Below the pieces are notes generated by a model. The model was given only the letters and a program-made list of their open reading frames with translations, searched no databases and was not told where the DNA came from. A program made the translations under genes and the position numbers. A stretch of DNA of 64,000 nucleotides. It comes from an uncultured Ignavibacteriaceae bacterium (GTDB taxonomy: Bacteria > Bacteroidota > Ignavibacteria > Tepidaquicellales > Tepidaquicellaceae). Position 1 is the first letter of the stretch; each line of letters opens with the position of its first letter. Below, piece by piece: positions 29,810 through 39,055 of the stretch. Location of the stretch: positions 10,461-74,460 of the forward strand of contig CAYYJH010000001.1 of assembly GCA_964472195.1 (NCBI GenBank), written 5' to 3'.

Positions 29810-30984
29810 GCACGAGTTCAGATATAAAGTTAATCAGGGATTCTCTTTCACAACTTGAGGAATATATTTTTACGGAAAGATACAAAGGTTATGATCCATT
29901 CGATGTTTTAACATCTCCTCTTTTTAATAAAAGAATGCTAAATAACTTAAATAAAATAAGACTAATAACTCAGCAAATATTTAAAAGACTTCCCATTAAC
30001 TTGAGACCGATTTTAGTTATTAAAAAGAGATTGAATCCTGTTACTTTGGGTTTATGCCTACAGGCTTACTGTAATTTACTTAAAGTGAATAAAGATAATG
30101 AAAAATTATACAGGACGGAAATAGATTTTTGTGTGAATAAGTTGATGGATTTGAGTTCCCCAGGATACAGCGGCAGGTGTTGGGGTTATGATTTCGATTG
30201 GGAATCGAGGTACACAACGTTTCCTGCCTTTACACCAACAGTAGTTTCAACTGGCTTTGTTACGAATGCACTTTTTACTTATTACAAACTCAGTGGAAAT
30301 GAAACCGCTTTTGATCTTTGCAAGAGTTCTGTAAATTTTGTTATGAATGATTTGAATAAGTACTTTGAAAAAGGCACATTTTGTTACTCTTATTCACCTT
30401 TAGATAAACAAAAGGTGCTGAATGCCACAATGAAGGGTGCAAGACTGCTGATGCAAGTTTATTCAACCACGAAGGATATTAAGCTAAAAAAGGAAGCGGA
30501 AAAAACGGTTCTGTTTGTAATTAATCATCAGAAGGAAAACGGCTTGTGGCAATATTCAATTGATGATGCTCGTGGTTGGAGCGATAATTTTCATACGGGT
30601 TATGTTTTAGATTGTCTCGATGAGTACATAAAAATTTCCGGGACTAATAGATTTGTTCAAAATCTTGAAAGAGGTATTAATTATTATGTGAACAACTTCT
30701 TCACAGAAGATAGTATTCCAAAATATTTTAATAATTCAACATATCCAATTGATACAACTGCTGCTGCTCAATCAATTTTATCGTTGACGAGATTTTCTTA
30801 CTTAGAGAAGGCAATAAAGGTATCCGTATGGATGATACAACACATGCAGAGTAAAAAAGGTTATTTCTATTTTCAAAAGCACAGGTTTTATAAAAATAAA
30901 ATAAACTACATGAGATGGTCGAATGCATGGATGTACTTGGCTTTATCGGATTTGATTTATAACATTACAACAAATGATTTTTAA
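29806..30984 (+). CDS. Conserved-looking protein of unknown function (possibly an alpha/alpha-toroid sugar-modifying fold)
   Basis: Long clean ORF overlapping the upstream stop by 4 nt. Motifs CWGYDFDWESR and NGLWQYS...WSDNFHTGYVLD are reminiscent of (alpha/alpha)6 enzymes. I cannot assign a family. Confidence 0.4.
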   Translation: MSTSSDIKLIRDSLSQLEEYIFTERYKGYDPFDVLTSPLFNKRMLNNLNKIRLITQQIFKRLPINLRPILVIKKRLNPVTLGLCLQAYCNLLKVNKDNEKLYRTEIDFCVNKLMDLSSPGYSGRCWGYDFDWESRYTTFPAFTPTVVSTGFVTNALFTYYKLSGNETAFDLCKSSVNFVMNDLNKYFEKGTFCYSYSPLDKQKVLNATMKGARLLMQVYSTTKDIKLKKEAEKTVLFVINHQKENGLWQYSIDDARGWSDNFHTGYVLDCLDEYIKISGTNRFVQNLERGINYYVNNFFTEDSIPKYFNNSTYPIDTTAAAQSILSLTRFSYLEKAIKVSVWMIQHMQSKKGYFYFQKHRFYKNKINYMRWSNAWMYLALSDLIYNITTNDF

Positions 30985-31006
30985 TCCTTAAACACTTATT
31001 GCCAAT

Positions 31007-32038
31007 ATGATTTGGTTTGACCTCGATAATTCACCGCATGTCCCTCTTTTCCGTCCGATTTTTAACGAGTTAAGTAAGAGGAATCTTCAATATTTCATCA
31101 CAGCAAGGGAATATGCTCAAACAGTTGACTTACTAAAATTGTGGAACATTGAGTTTGAATTAGTTGGAAAACACGGTGGAAAAAGTAAATTTAAAAAAGT
31201 TACAAATCTTTTCCATCGTGCATATCAACTTGGAAAATGTATACTTGGAAAAGATATAAAATTAGCAGTTAGTCATGGCTCAAGGTCTCAACTCGTTACA
31301 GCAAAAACTAAAGGTATTAATTCATTAGTGATGATGGATTATGAATATACAGAAAGAAGAATTTTTAATTTACTTTCGACTAACCTGTTAATTCCAAAAA
31401 TTATTCCGGATGAAAGGTTAAGATTAGCGGGAATTAATCTAAAAAAAGTTATAAGGTATAATGGATTTAAAGAAGAGCTTTATATTAATGAGTTTATTCC
31501 GGAAAAAGATTTCCGAAAAAAAATTGGTGTTGATGATAAAGAAGTTCTTATTGTTATAAGACCGCCCGGTATGTTAGGTAACTATCACGATAGAAAAAGT
31601 GAAAAACTTTTTTTGAGTGCAATACAATCTTTTCTGGAACTGGATAATGCAGTGTGTCTCGTTGTAAACCGGACAAAAAGTGAAAGGGATTTTTTAATCG
31701 GTAACTTTGAGTTGAGTAAGAAATTAAGGTTTCTGGAAAAACCTGTCGATGGTTTACAACTTTTATATTGTGCTGATATATGTTTTAGCGGTGGTGGAAC
31801 TATGAATAGAGAATCTGCTTTGCTTGGTACTAAGACCTACAGCATTTTCACCGGGAAAAGACCATATCTTGATGAATATTTGCAAAACTTAGGTAAGCTT
31901 AGATTTATAGAAACAGAAAGAGAAATAGAAGATATTAGTGTATCGAGAATAAGAAAATCCTATCAAATGTCAACTGAAAGTAATTTAGTTGAAGAAATTA
32001 CTAATATTATTGAAAGTAAATATATACAGTCAAATTAA
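31007..32038 (+). CDS. DUF354-family protein (GT-B/2-epimerase-like fold)
   Basis: MIWFDLDNSPHVPLFRPIFNEL N-terminus and a C-terminal GGGTMNRESALLG block match my recollection of DUF354. Confidence 0.65.
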   Translation: MIWFDLDNSPHVPLFRPIFNELSKRNLQYFITAREYAQTVDLLKLWNIEFELVGKHGGKSKFKKVTNLFHRAYQLGKCILGKDIKLAVSHGSRSQLVTAKTKGINSLVMMDYEYTERRIFNLLSTNLLIPKIIPDERLRLAGINLKKVIRYNGFKEELYINEFIPEKDFRKKIGVDDKEVLIVIRPPGMLGNYHDRKSEKLFLSAIQSFLELDNAVCLVVNRTKSERDFLIGNFELSKKLRFLEKPVDGLQLLYCADICFSGGGTMNRESALLGTKTYSIFTGKRPYLDEYLQNLGKLRFIETEREIEDISVSRIRKSYQMSTESNLVEEITNIIESKYIQSN

Positions 32039-32128
32039 TATTTTAATTTTAAATGAAACACTGTAACTTACTATTTGTAAGTACTAATTTTAAAATAACG
32101 TACGTAATACAATAATAACTAACTGAAT

Positions 32129-33238
32129 ATGAAAATACCCTTTTTAGACCTTAAACAACAATATAAGTCCATTAAAGAAGAGATTGATCCAGCAATACAA
32201 AATGTAATAGACAATACCGCATTTATATTGGGTAAGCCAGTATCTGATTTTGAACAAGAATTTGCAAAAGCTCATAACGTAAAGCATTGCATTTGTGTAA
32301 GCTCAGGTACTGATGGTAACCATTTAGTATTATGGACTCTGGGAATCGGAGCAGGTGATGAGGTAATCATTCCAGCAAATACGTTTATTGCAACTGCTGA
32401 AGGAGTTACCCTCTGTGGAGCCAAACCCGTATTTGTCGACTGCTGTTCGGATAGTTATAATATCGATCCTGATAAAATTGAGAAATTAATTAATTCAAAA
32501 ACGAAAGCAATAGTAGCTGTTCATCTGTATGGACAGCCTGCGGATATGGATGCACTAAGTGAAATAGCAAAAAAGCATAAGCTATATCTTGTAGAGGATG
32601 CTGCCCAGGCACATCTTTCTGAGTACAATGGAAATATGGTTGGAGGACTTTGTAATACTGCTTCTTTTAGCTTTTATCCCGGGAAGAATTTAGGAGCTTA
32701 CGGTGAAGCAGGTGCAGTAACTACAAATGATAGTGAATTGGCAAAAAAGATTAGAATGTACAGAGAACATGGACAGAGTGAAAAATACCATCACGAGACT
32801 TTTGGGCATAACTACCGTATGGAAGGAATACAGGGTGCTGTACTTGGAGTTAAGCTAAAACATCTTAATGCATGGACCGAGAAACGAAGAGCTGTTGCGA
32901 AGAAATACAAAGATTTATTAGAAGGTGTTGGAGACATCGTTTTGCCAATAGAGATGCCTTATTCTAAACATGTTTATCATTTATTTGTAATAAAAACAAA
33001 ATACAGAGATGAACTTCAGAATTATTTAAATGAAAATGAAATTTCAAACGGACTTCATTATCCCATACCATTACATCTACAAAACAGTTACAAGCACCTT
33101 GGTTATAAAAAGGGAGACTTCCCAAATACGGAAGACCTTGCATTTAATTGTCTGTCACTTCCTATATTTCCTGAGTTATCCGAAGAACAGATTAATTACG
33201 TTGTAAAAAACATTAAAGATTTTTATAAGAAGATATAG
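32129..33238 (+). CDS. DegT/WbpE-like PLP-dependent nucleotide-sugar aminotransferase
   Basis: IPFLDLKQQY, SSGTDGNHL, EDAAQAH, SFYPGKNLGA (PLP-Lys). Confidence 0.9.
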   Translation: MKIPFLDLKQQYKSIKEEIDPAIQNVIDNTAFILGKPVSDFEQEFAKAHNVKHCICVSSGTDGNHLVLWTLGIGAGDEVIIPANTFIATAEGVTLCGAKPVFVDCCSDSYNIDPDKIEKLINSKTKAIVAVHLYGQPADMDALSEIAKKHKLYLVEDAAQAHLSEYNGNMVGGLCNTASFSFYPGKNLGAYGEAGAVTTNDSELAKKIRMYREHGQSEKYHHETFGHNYRMEGIQGAVLGVKLKHLNAWTEKRRAVAKKYKDLLEGVGDIVLPIEMPYSKHVYHLFVIKTKYRDELQNYLNENEISNGLHYPIPLHLQNSYKHLGYKKGDFPNTEDLAFNCLSLPIFPELSEEQINYVVKNIKDFYKKI

Positions 33239-34687
33239 TTGTTTATTTTAAACAAAATAATTAGAAGATTCTCTAAGATAAAAATCGTTTTTTTCTTGGG
33301 TGATTGTATTATATTATACTTTGCTATTTTTTTAACATTAAGTTTTGAGTATAGAGATCATTTATATCTTACAAATCCATTTTATAATATCCCCAAGTTA
33401 TTGCAGTTTGGCTTAGTTCAGATAATAACGCTGATTTCATTTAGATATCTGAATCTTTATAAAGAGAAGAACTTCCTAACTTTTAATAATCAGATTATCC
33501 GAATAATAAAAGCTGTTCTTTTTTCTTCTTCAATTTTAATAGTAAGTACATTTTTTTTGAAAGAACCTGACCTCCAGATCAGTTCGAGATCGCACTTAAT
33601 TGTCTTTATTGTATTAAGCATAGTTCTTGTATCCATTCACCGGATTATCCTTATGAGGCTATATGTAAAGAATAAATCTGAGGGAATATTCGATAGAAGA
33701 ATCCTGGCAATCGGAGCTGGTGAAACCGGGAAGAGGTTTGTAAAAGAGATAAAGGAGTTCACAAGTTTTTTCTACCTTGTGGGTTTTTTGGATGAAGATG
33801 AAGATAAGATTGGCTCTGAGATTGAAGGGGTGGAAGTACTGGGGACAGGAGACGATTTGAGTAGAATAATAAGAGAGTACAGGATTGAAGAAATATTTAT
33901 AACAATTGAATCTGTTTCCCATGATAAACTTTTAACACTTATTGAAATTGCTAAAGATACAAAATGCCAGGTTAATCTGGTGTCATCACATTTTGGAATA
34001 GTAGAAAAAAAAGTTGATGTAGTTGAATATAAGGATTTAAAATCTGTTCCTGTTTATTCAACGATGACACCCGTGTATTCAATGTTTACAAAGAGAATTA
34101 TTGATATAGTTGTTGCTTTTTTCGCTGTGGTTTTATTATCTCCATTGTTCGTAGTAATTTCTATTTTGATTAAGGCTACGACGAAAGGTCAGATATTTTA
34201 TAAAACACACGTAATCGGAAAAAATGGAAAGAATTTTATTTGGTATAAATTTAGAACAATGAAGCAGGATAGAGATGAAAAAATTCATAAAGATTATCTT
34301 ACAGACTTAATTAAGGAGAACAAACCAGTCGAAAAAATAAAAGATGATCCACGAATTACATCGTTAGGAAAACTTCTTCGTAAATATAGTCTAGATGAAT
34401 TTCCTCAACTATTGAATGTTCTAAAAGGGGATATGAGTCTAATTGGTCCAAGACCATGTCTTCCATATGAATACGAACTTATGGATGATTGGCACAAAAG
34501 AAGAACAAAGGTAATTCCTGGATTAACCGGGTTATGGCAGGTTTTCGGGAGAAATAAGTCAGATGTTAGTTTTAATGATTCTTTAATTCTGGATATTTAT
34601 TACGCTGAAAATTTATCATTTTGGCTTGATCTTAGAATATTTTTTAAAACAGTACCCGTTGTTATTTTTGGTAAAGGCGGGAGTTAA
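33239..34687 (+). CDS. Polyprenyl-phosphate glycosylphosphotransferase (WbaP/PglB-type large bacterial sugar transferase)
   Basis: Four to five N-terminal TM segments, a central CoA-binding-like Rossmann domain (ILAIGAGETG), and a C-terminal catalytic domain with KFRTM, DEFPQLLNVLKGDMSLIGPRP and GLTGLWQV. TTG start. Confidence 0.85.
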   Translation: MFILNKIIRRFSKIKIVFFLGDCIILYFAIFLTLSFEYRDHLYLTNPFYNIPKLLQFGLVQIITLISFRYLNLYKEKNFLTFNNQIIRIIKAVLFSSSILIVSTFFLKEPDLQISSRSHLIVFIVLSIVLVSIHRIILMRLYVKNKSEGIFDRRILAIGAGETGKRFVKEIKEFTSFFYLVGFLDEDEDKIGSEIEGVEVLGTGDDLSRIIREYRIEEIFITIESVSHDKLLTLIEIAKDTKCQVNLVSSHFGIVEKKVDVVEYKDLKSVPVYSTMTPVYSMFTKRIIDIVVAFFAVVLLSPLFVVISILIKATTKGQIFYKTHVIGKNGKNFIWYKFRTMKQDRDEKIHKDYLTDLIKENKPVEKIKDDPRITSLGKLLRKYSLDEFPQLLNVLKGDMSLIGPRPCLPYEYELMDDWHKRRTKVIPGLTGLWQVFGRNKSDVSFNDSLILDIYYAENLSFWLDLRIFFKTVPVVIFGKGGS

Positions 34688-34699
34688 TTTAACAATAAT

Positions 34700-35695
34700 A
34701 TGATCAATGTAGGTATTATAGGAGCTGGTTACTGGGGACCGAACCTTATAAGAAATTTTAGAAAGCATAATAATGCAAACTTAAAAAAGGTATGCGATTT
34801 AAAGGAAGGAAGGTTAGAGTTTATCCGTAAATCATATTCTGACCTTTCTCTTACAAAGGATACCAATGAAATAATAAACAATCCTGACATAAATGCAGTT
34901 GTGATTGCAACCCCTGTAAATACGCACAAAGAGATTGCTATTAAAAGTATAGAAAAAGGCAAGCATGTTTTTATAGAAAAGCCTTTATCAGATAACTATA
35001 ATGATGCACTGGAAGTAGTTAATTCAGCGGAAAAGAATGGCAAGATTCTTGCCGTAGGTCATATATTTCAGTTTGCTCCTGCAGTAACAGCTTTAAAGAA
35101 AGAGATTGAAAACGGTCTTCTCGGAGAACTTTATCATTATTCTTCTCAAAGAATTAATTTAGGACCTCCAGAGACAACTGTGGATGTTGTATGGGATTTA
35201 GGACCGCACGATTTGTCAATATTGTTTCATTTATTCGATGAATTTCCTAACAGTGTAAATGCATTCGGAAGCAGCTATTGGTGGGATGGAATTATTGACA
35301 ATGCCCATATCGTTCTTGATTTCCCGAGTAAAAAAACGGCTCATATACATCTAAGCTGGTTATCTTCTAACAAGATCAGGAGTACATATATATTCGGCAG
35401 CGAAGGGAATATTGAATATGATGAGACAAAACCCGACGAAGAAAAGGTAATATTTTACGATAAAGGTATTGATAGCAGAATTAATGCTAAGGATAGTGAT
35501 GTCAAAGATCTTAAATACGGAAAGGGTGAAACAAAAAATATTGTTTTTGATAAAGGAGAACCATTGTACCTTGAGGTAGATGCTTTTATTAATGCAATCT
35601 TAAAAAATGAACAACCTATAAATAACGGTATTATCGGGTGTGAAGTTGTAAAAGTATTAGAAGAAGCGAGTAAGTCAATCAAAATTAAGAAATGA
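34700..35695 (+). CDS. Gfo/Idh/MocA-family nucleotide-sugar oxidoreductase (WbpB-like)
   Basis: INVGIIGAGYWGPN Rossmann motif and EKPL motif. Sits next to aminotransferase and acetyltransferase genes. Confidence 0.85.
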   Translation: MINVGIIGAGYWGPNLIRNFRKHNNANLKKVCDLKEGRLEFIRKSYSDLSLTKDTNEIINNPDINAVVIATPVNTHKEIAIKSIEKGKHVFIEKPLSDNYNDALEVVNSAEKNGKILAVGHIFQFAPAVTALKKEIENGLLGELYHYSSQRINLGPPETTVDVVWDLGPHDLSILFHLFDEFPNSVNAFGSSYWWDGIIDNAHIVLDFPSKKTAHIHLSWLSSNKIRSTYIFGSEGNIEYDETKPDEEKVIFYDKGIDSRINAKDSDVKDLKYGKGETKNIVFDKGEPLYLEVDAFINAILKNEQPINNGIIGCEVVKVLEEASKSIKIKK

Positions 35696-36276
35696 GTAGT
35701 AGAGATTACTTTGTTCATGAAAAAGCGCTCTGTGAAACTAACTCAGTAGGTAAGGGAACAAGGATATGGGCTTTTTCACACGTTATGAAAAATGTTGTGA
35801 TCGGAAAAGATTGCAATATAGGAGACCATGTTTTTGTTGAATCCGGAGTTAAAATCGGTAACAGTGTAACGGTCAAGAACGGTATATCGATATGGGAGGG
35901 TGTTGAAATAGAAGATGATGTATTTTTAGGACCTAACTGTGTTCTGACTAATGATCTCCTCCCAAGGAGTAAACATTACCATTCAGAGAATGTGAAGACC
36001 TTTATTAAGAAAGGTTCGAGCATTGGTGCGAACGCAACTATTTTATGCGGTATAATATTAAATGAATATTGTATGATAGGTGCAGGTGCTGTTGTTACAA
36101 AAAGTGTATCACCTTTTTCACTCGTTATGGGTAATCCAGCAAGGTTTAAATATTTTGTATCGATAAAAGGGGATAAGCTTGTGTTCAATAAAGAAAATAT
36201 TGCTTTTGACCCAGATAGTAATAAGTATAAATTGGCAACGGATGGAACTGTTCGATTACTTTCTCAAATAACATAA
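35692..36276 (+). CDS. Left-handed beta-helix (hexapeptide) N-acetyltransferase (WbpD-like)
   Basis: Repeated [LIV]-G-x4 hexapeptides (IGKDCNIGDHVFVESGVKIGNSVTV...). 4-nt overlap with the oxidoreductase gene. Confidence 0.85.
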   Translation: MSSRDYFVHEKALCETNSVGKGTRIWAFSHVMKNVVIGKDCNIGDHVFVESGVKIGNSVTVKNGISIWEGVEIEDDVFLGPNCVLTNDLLPRSKHYHSENVKTFIKKGSSIGANATILCGIILNEYCMIGAGAVVTKSVSPFSLVMGNPARFKYFVSIKGDKLVFNKENIAFDPDSNKYKLATDGTVRLLSQIT

Positions 36277-36301
36277 TTTCTAATATATCTATTAATAATA
36301 A

Positions 36302-37414
36302 ATGTCATTGGTATTAGTAACAGGTGGAGCCGGGTTTATCGGTTCTCATACTGTTGATAGATTAATTGATGAAGGTTTTGATGTGAGAATACTCGATAAC
36401 CTGCAGAAGCCTGTACATTTAAAAGGTAAGCCTGATTATCTCAATCCTAAAGCGGAATTCATTGAAGGTGACGTTTGCGACAGGGAAACTCTCCAGAGTT
36501 CTCTTAAGGATGCTGAATATGTTTATCATTTCGCTGCATACCAGGATTATTTAACAGACTTTTCAAACTTTTTTTATACAAATGCGGTAAGTACAGCTTT
36601 ATTATTTGAAATTATTGTAGAGGACAAACTGCCTATTAAAAAGATTGTTGTTGCATCTTCCCAGTTTGTACAGGGAGAAGGATTATACAAAAGAAAAGAT
36701 AACTCATTAGCGTCCCCTGATTTGAGATCTATATCTCAATTAGAAAAAGGTGATTGGGAATGGAAGGATGAATACGGGGAAATAATGCAGTGGCAGTGGA
36801 CTCCAGAATCTCATGCAAATCCTCCGAATGCTTATGCTATGTCAAAATTCTCACAGGAGATGCAGGCTATTAAGTTCGGGAAACGATATGAAATTCCTAG
36901 TGTCGCCTTAAGATACTCAATTGTCCAGGGTTCAAGACAATCATTTTATAATGCATACAGTGGAGCTTGCCGAATATTTTCCCTGAGTTATTTTTTTAAT
37001 AAAGCTCCCGTTATTTACGAAGATGGAAATCAGTTAAGGGATTTTGTAAATATTCATGATGTTGTCGATGCGAACATTTTGGTGCTTTCTGATAATAAAG
37101 CGAATTTTAATGTCTTCAATATAGGTGGAGGTAATACTTACTCTATTAAAGAGTTCGATAGAATAGTTGCAAAAGTTTTTGACAAAGAACATCTAACACC
37201 CAACATCCCCGGGGAGTTTCGGTTTGGTGATACGAGGAATGCCTGTTCTGACATTTCTAAAATAAAATCACTCGGATGGAGTCCGCATTACACAGTCGAA
37301 GATAGTGTAATTGAATACAGAGAGTATCTGGAGTCTCAATCCAATGTTGATGACATTCTTGATTATGCAAAAAAAACAATGAAGGAAATGAATGTAGTTA
37401 AGAAAGTAAAATGA
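36302..37414 (+). CDS. NAD-dependent nucleotide-sugar epimerase/dehydratase (extended SDR with insertion)
   Basis: VLVTGGAGFIGSH Rossmann motif and catalytic YAMSK. An insertion of about 40 aa precedes the YxxxK. Confidence 0.8.
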   Translation: MSLVLVTGGAGFIGSHTVDRLIDEGFDVRILDNLQKPVHLKGKPDYLNPKAEFIEGDVCDRETLQSSLKDAEYVYHFAAYQDYLTDFSNFFYTNAVSTALLFEIIVEDKLPIKKIVVASSQFVQGEGLYKRKDNSLASPDLRSISQLEKGDWEWKDEYGEIMQWQWTPESHANPPNAYAMSKFSQEMQAIKFGKRYEIPSVALRYSIVQGSRQSFYNAYSGACRIFSLSYFFNKAPVIYEDGNQLRDFVNIHDVVDANILVLSDNKANFNVFNIGGGNTYSIKEFDRIVAKVFDKEHLTPNIPGEFRFGDTRNACSDISKIKSLGWSPHYTVEDSVIEYREYLESQSNVDDILDYAKKTMKEMNVVKKVK

Positions 37415-37466
37415 TTGTAATAATAATATTATGTATATTTATTTTTTTATTTAAAACCATTCTATA

Positions 37467-38456
37467 ATGATAATATCACAAACTCCTTTACGGGTAAGTT
37501 TGTTAGGAGGTGGGACTGATTTAAAGGAATACTATAAAGAAAGAGATGGCTTTGTTGTTAGTACAGCTATTGACAAATATGTTTATATAATTGTTAAAGA
37601 GAGATTCGATGATATGATTTATGTTAATTATTCGAATAAGGAAAGAACAGATTCGCCTTTAAAAATTAAACATGATCTTGTTAAAGAAGCACTATTAAAA
37701 GCAGGAGTAGATAAAGGTATAGAGATAACCATGTTAGCTGACATTCCATCGGAAGGATCAGGTCTGGGATCATCGAGTAGTTTGTTAGTAGGGTTATTAA
37801 ATGTTTTATATATGTATCAAGGTATACAGGTAACAGCTGAGAGACTTGCAAAAGAAGCTTGCGATATAGAAATTAATAAATGCAAGAAACCTATCGGCAA
37901 ACAAGATCAGTACATTGCAGCTTATGGGGGTCTCTGCTCTTTTAAATTTAAAAAGACCGGACAGGTTGAAACCAAAAAATTAAATCTACAGGAATCAGAA
38001 GGCAGGGTACTGGGTTCTAACATGCTGCTTTTTTATACCGGTATTACGAGGAAGTCATCAACGATATTAACTGAGCAGCGTGCTAAAATAAAAAATATGA
38101 TTACGGAGTTAAATCTTATAAAATCATTAGCTGAGCAAGCTGCTGCTGCGATCAATTCCAAAAAGTATGATAAGATCGGTTCACTATTGAGAAAAAATTG
38201 GAAGTACAAAAAAAAGTTATCTAATAATATATCCAATACATTTATCGATGAAATGTATTCAAAAGCTTTAAAAGCTGGTGCATTAGGAGGGAAAATATCT
38301 GGAGCAGGCGGAGGTGGATTTTTACTTTTGTATTGTAAAAGAGAAGATCAAAATAATATTAGAAAAGCCATGAAAGGTTATAGAGAAATGCCATTTTTAT
38401 TAGAAAAGGATGGCTCAAAAATTATTTTTAACTATAGGAGGTACTCATGGAAGTAA
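37467..38456 (+). CDS. hddA: GHMP-family kinase, D-glycero-D-manno-heptose-7-phosphate kinase-like (paralog 2)
   Basis: PLRVSLLGGGTDL, PSEGSGLGSSSS, GGKISGAGGGGF. Overlaps the gmhA start by 10 nt. Confidence 0.8.
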   Translation: MIISQTPLRVSLLGGGTDLKEYYKERDGFVVSTAIDKYVYIIVKERFDDMIYVNYSNKERTDSPLKIKHDLVKEALLKAGVDKGIEITMLADIPSEGSGLGSSSSLLVGLLNVLYMYQGIQVTAERLAKEACDIEINKCKKPIGKQDQYIAAYGGLCSFKFKKTGQVETKKLNLQESEGRVLGSNMLLFYTGITRKSSTILTEQRAKIKNMITELNLIKSLAEQAAAAINSKKYDKIGSLLRKNWKYKKKLSNNISNTFIDEMYSKALKAGALGGKISGAGGGGFLLLYCKREDQNNIRKAMKGYREMPFLLEKDGSKIIFNYRRYSWK

Positions 38457-39037
38457 AAGAATACCTGGAAAATTTTAAAAAGGTTTTTGATAAAATTGAT
38501 ATGACTGAAATCGAAACAATGATACACCATTTATTAGAAGCTTACAACAACAGAAAAATGGTATTCGTGATAGGTAATGGTGGTTCTGCTGCTAATGCTT
38601 CTCATTTTGCCGAAGATCTTTCGAAAGGTGTTATTACTGATCAGAATGTAGAAAAAAGAATACGAGCAATTAGTCTTGCTGATAACGTTCCATTTATTAC
38701 GGCATCTGCAAATGACAGCGGGTATGAAAACATATTTGTTTCACAATTGATTACTTTTGCTAATCCAGATGATTATTTGATAGCGATCAGTGGTTCAGGT
38801 AACAGTAAAAATATTATAAAAGCTGTTGAATATTCCAAGATAAGAAAAATTAATGTTATTGGTGTAACTGGATATGATGGGGGAAAACTTAAAGAATTAT
38901 GTGATATATCAGTTCATGTTCCTTTGCATGAAATGTGTACCGTAGAAAGTATCCATTCAATAATCTTTCATTATATTACAGGTCATCTTCGTGAAGTAAT
39001 AACGGGTGAGAAATTCAATGCACCAAGTTTTTATTAA
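38447..39037 (+). CDS. gmhA: Phosphoheptose (sedoheptulose-7-phosphate) isomerase, SIS domain
   Basis: VFVIGNGGSAANASHFAEDL and AISGSGNS motifs. AGGAGG lies 5 nt upstream of the ATG. Confidence 0.85.
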   Translation: MEVKEYLENFKKVFDKIDMTEIETMIHHLLEAYNNRKMVFVIGNGGSAANASHFAEDLSKGVITDQNVEKRIRAISLADNVPFITASANDSGYENIFVSQLITFANPDDYLIAISGSGNSKNIIKAVEYSKIRKINVIGVTGYDGGKLKELCDISVHVPLHEMCTVESIHSIIFHYITGHLREVITGEKFNAPSFY

Positions 39038-39055
39038 TATTTTTAGGAATAGAGT

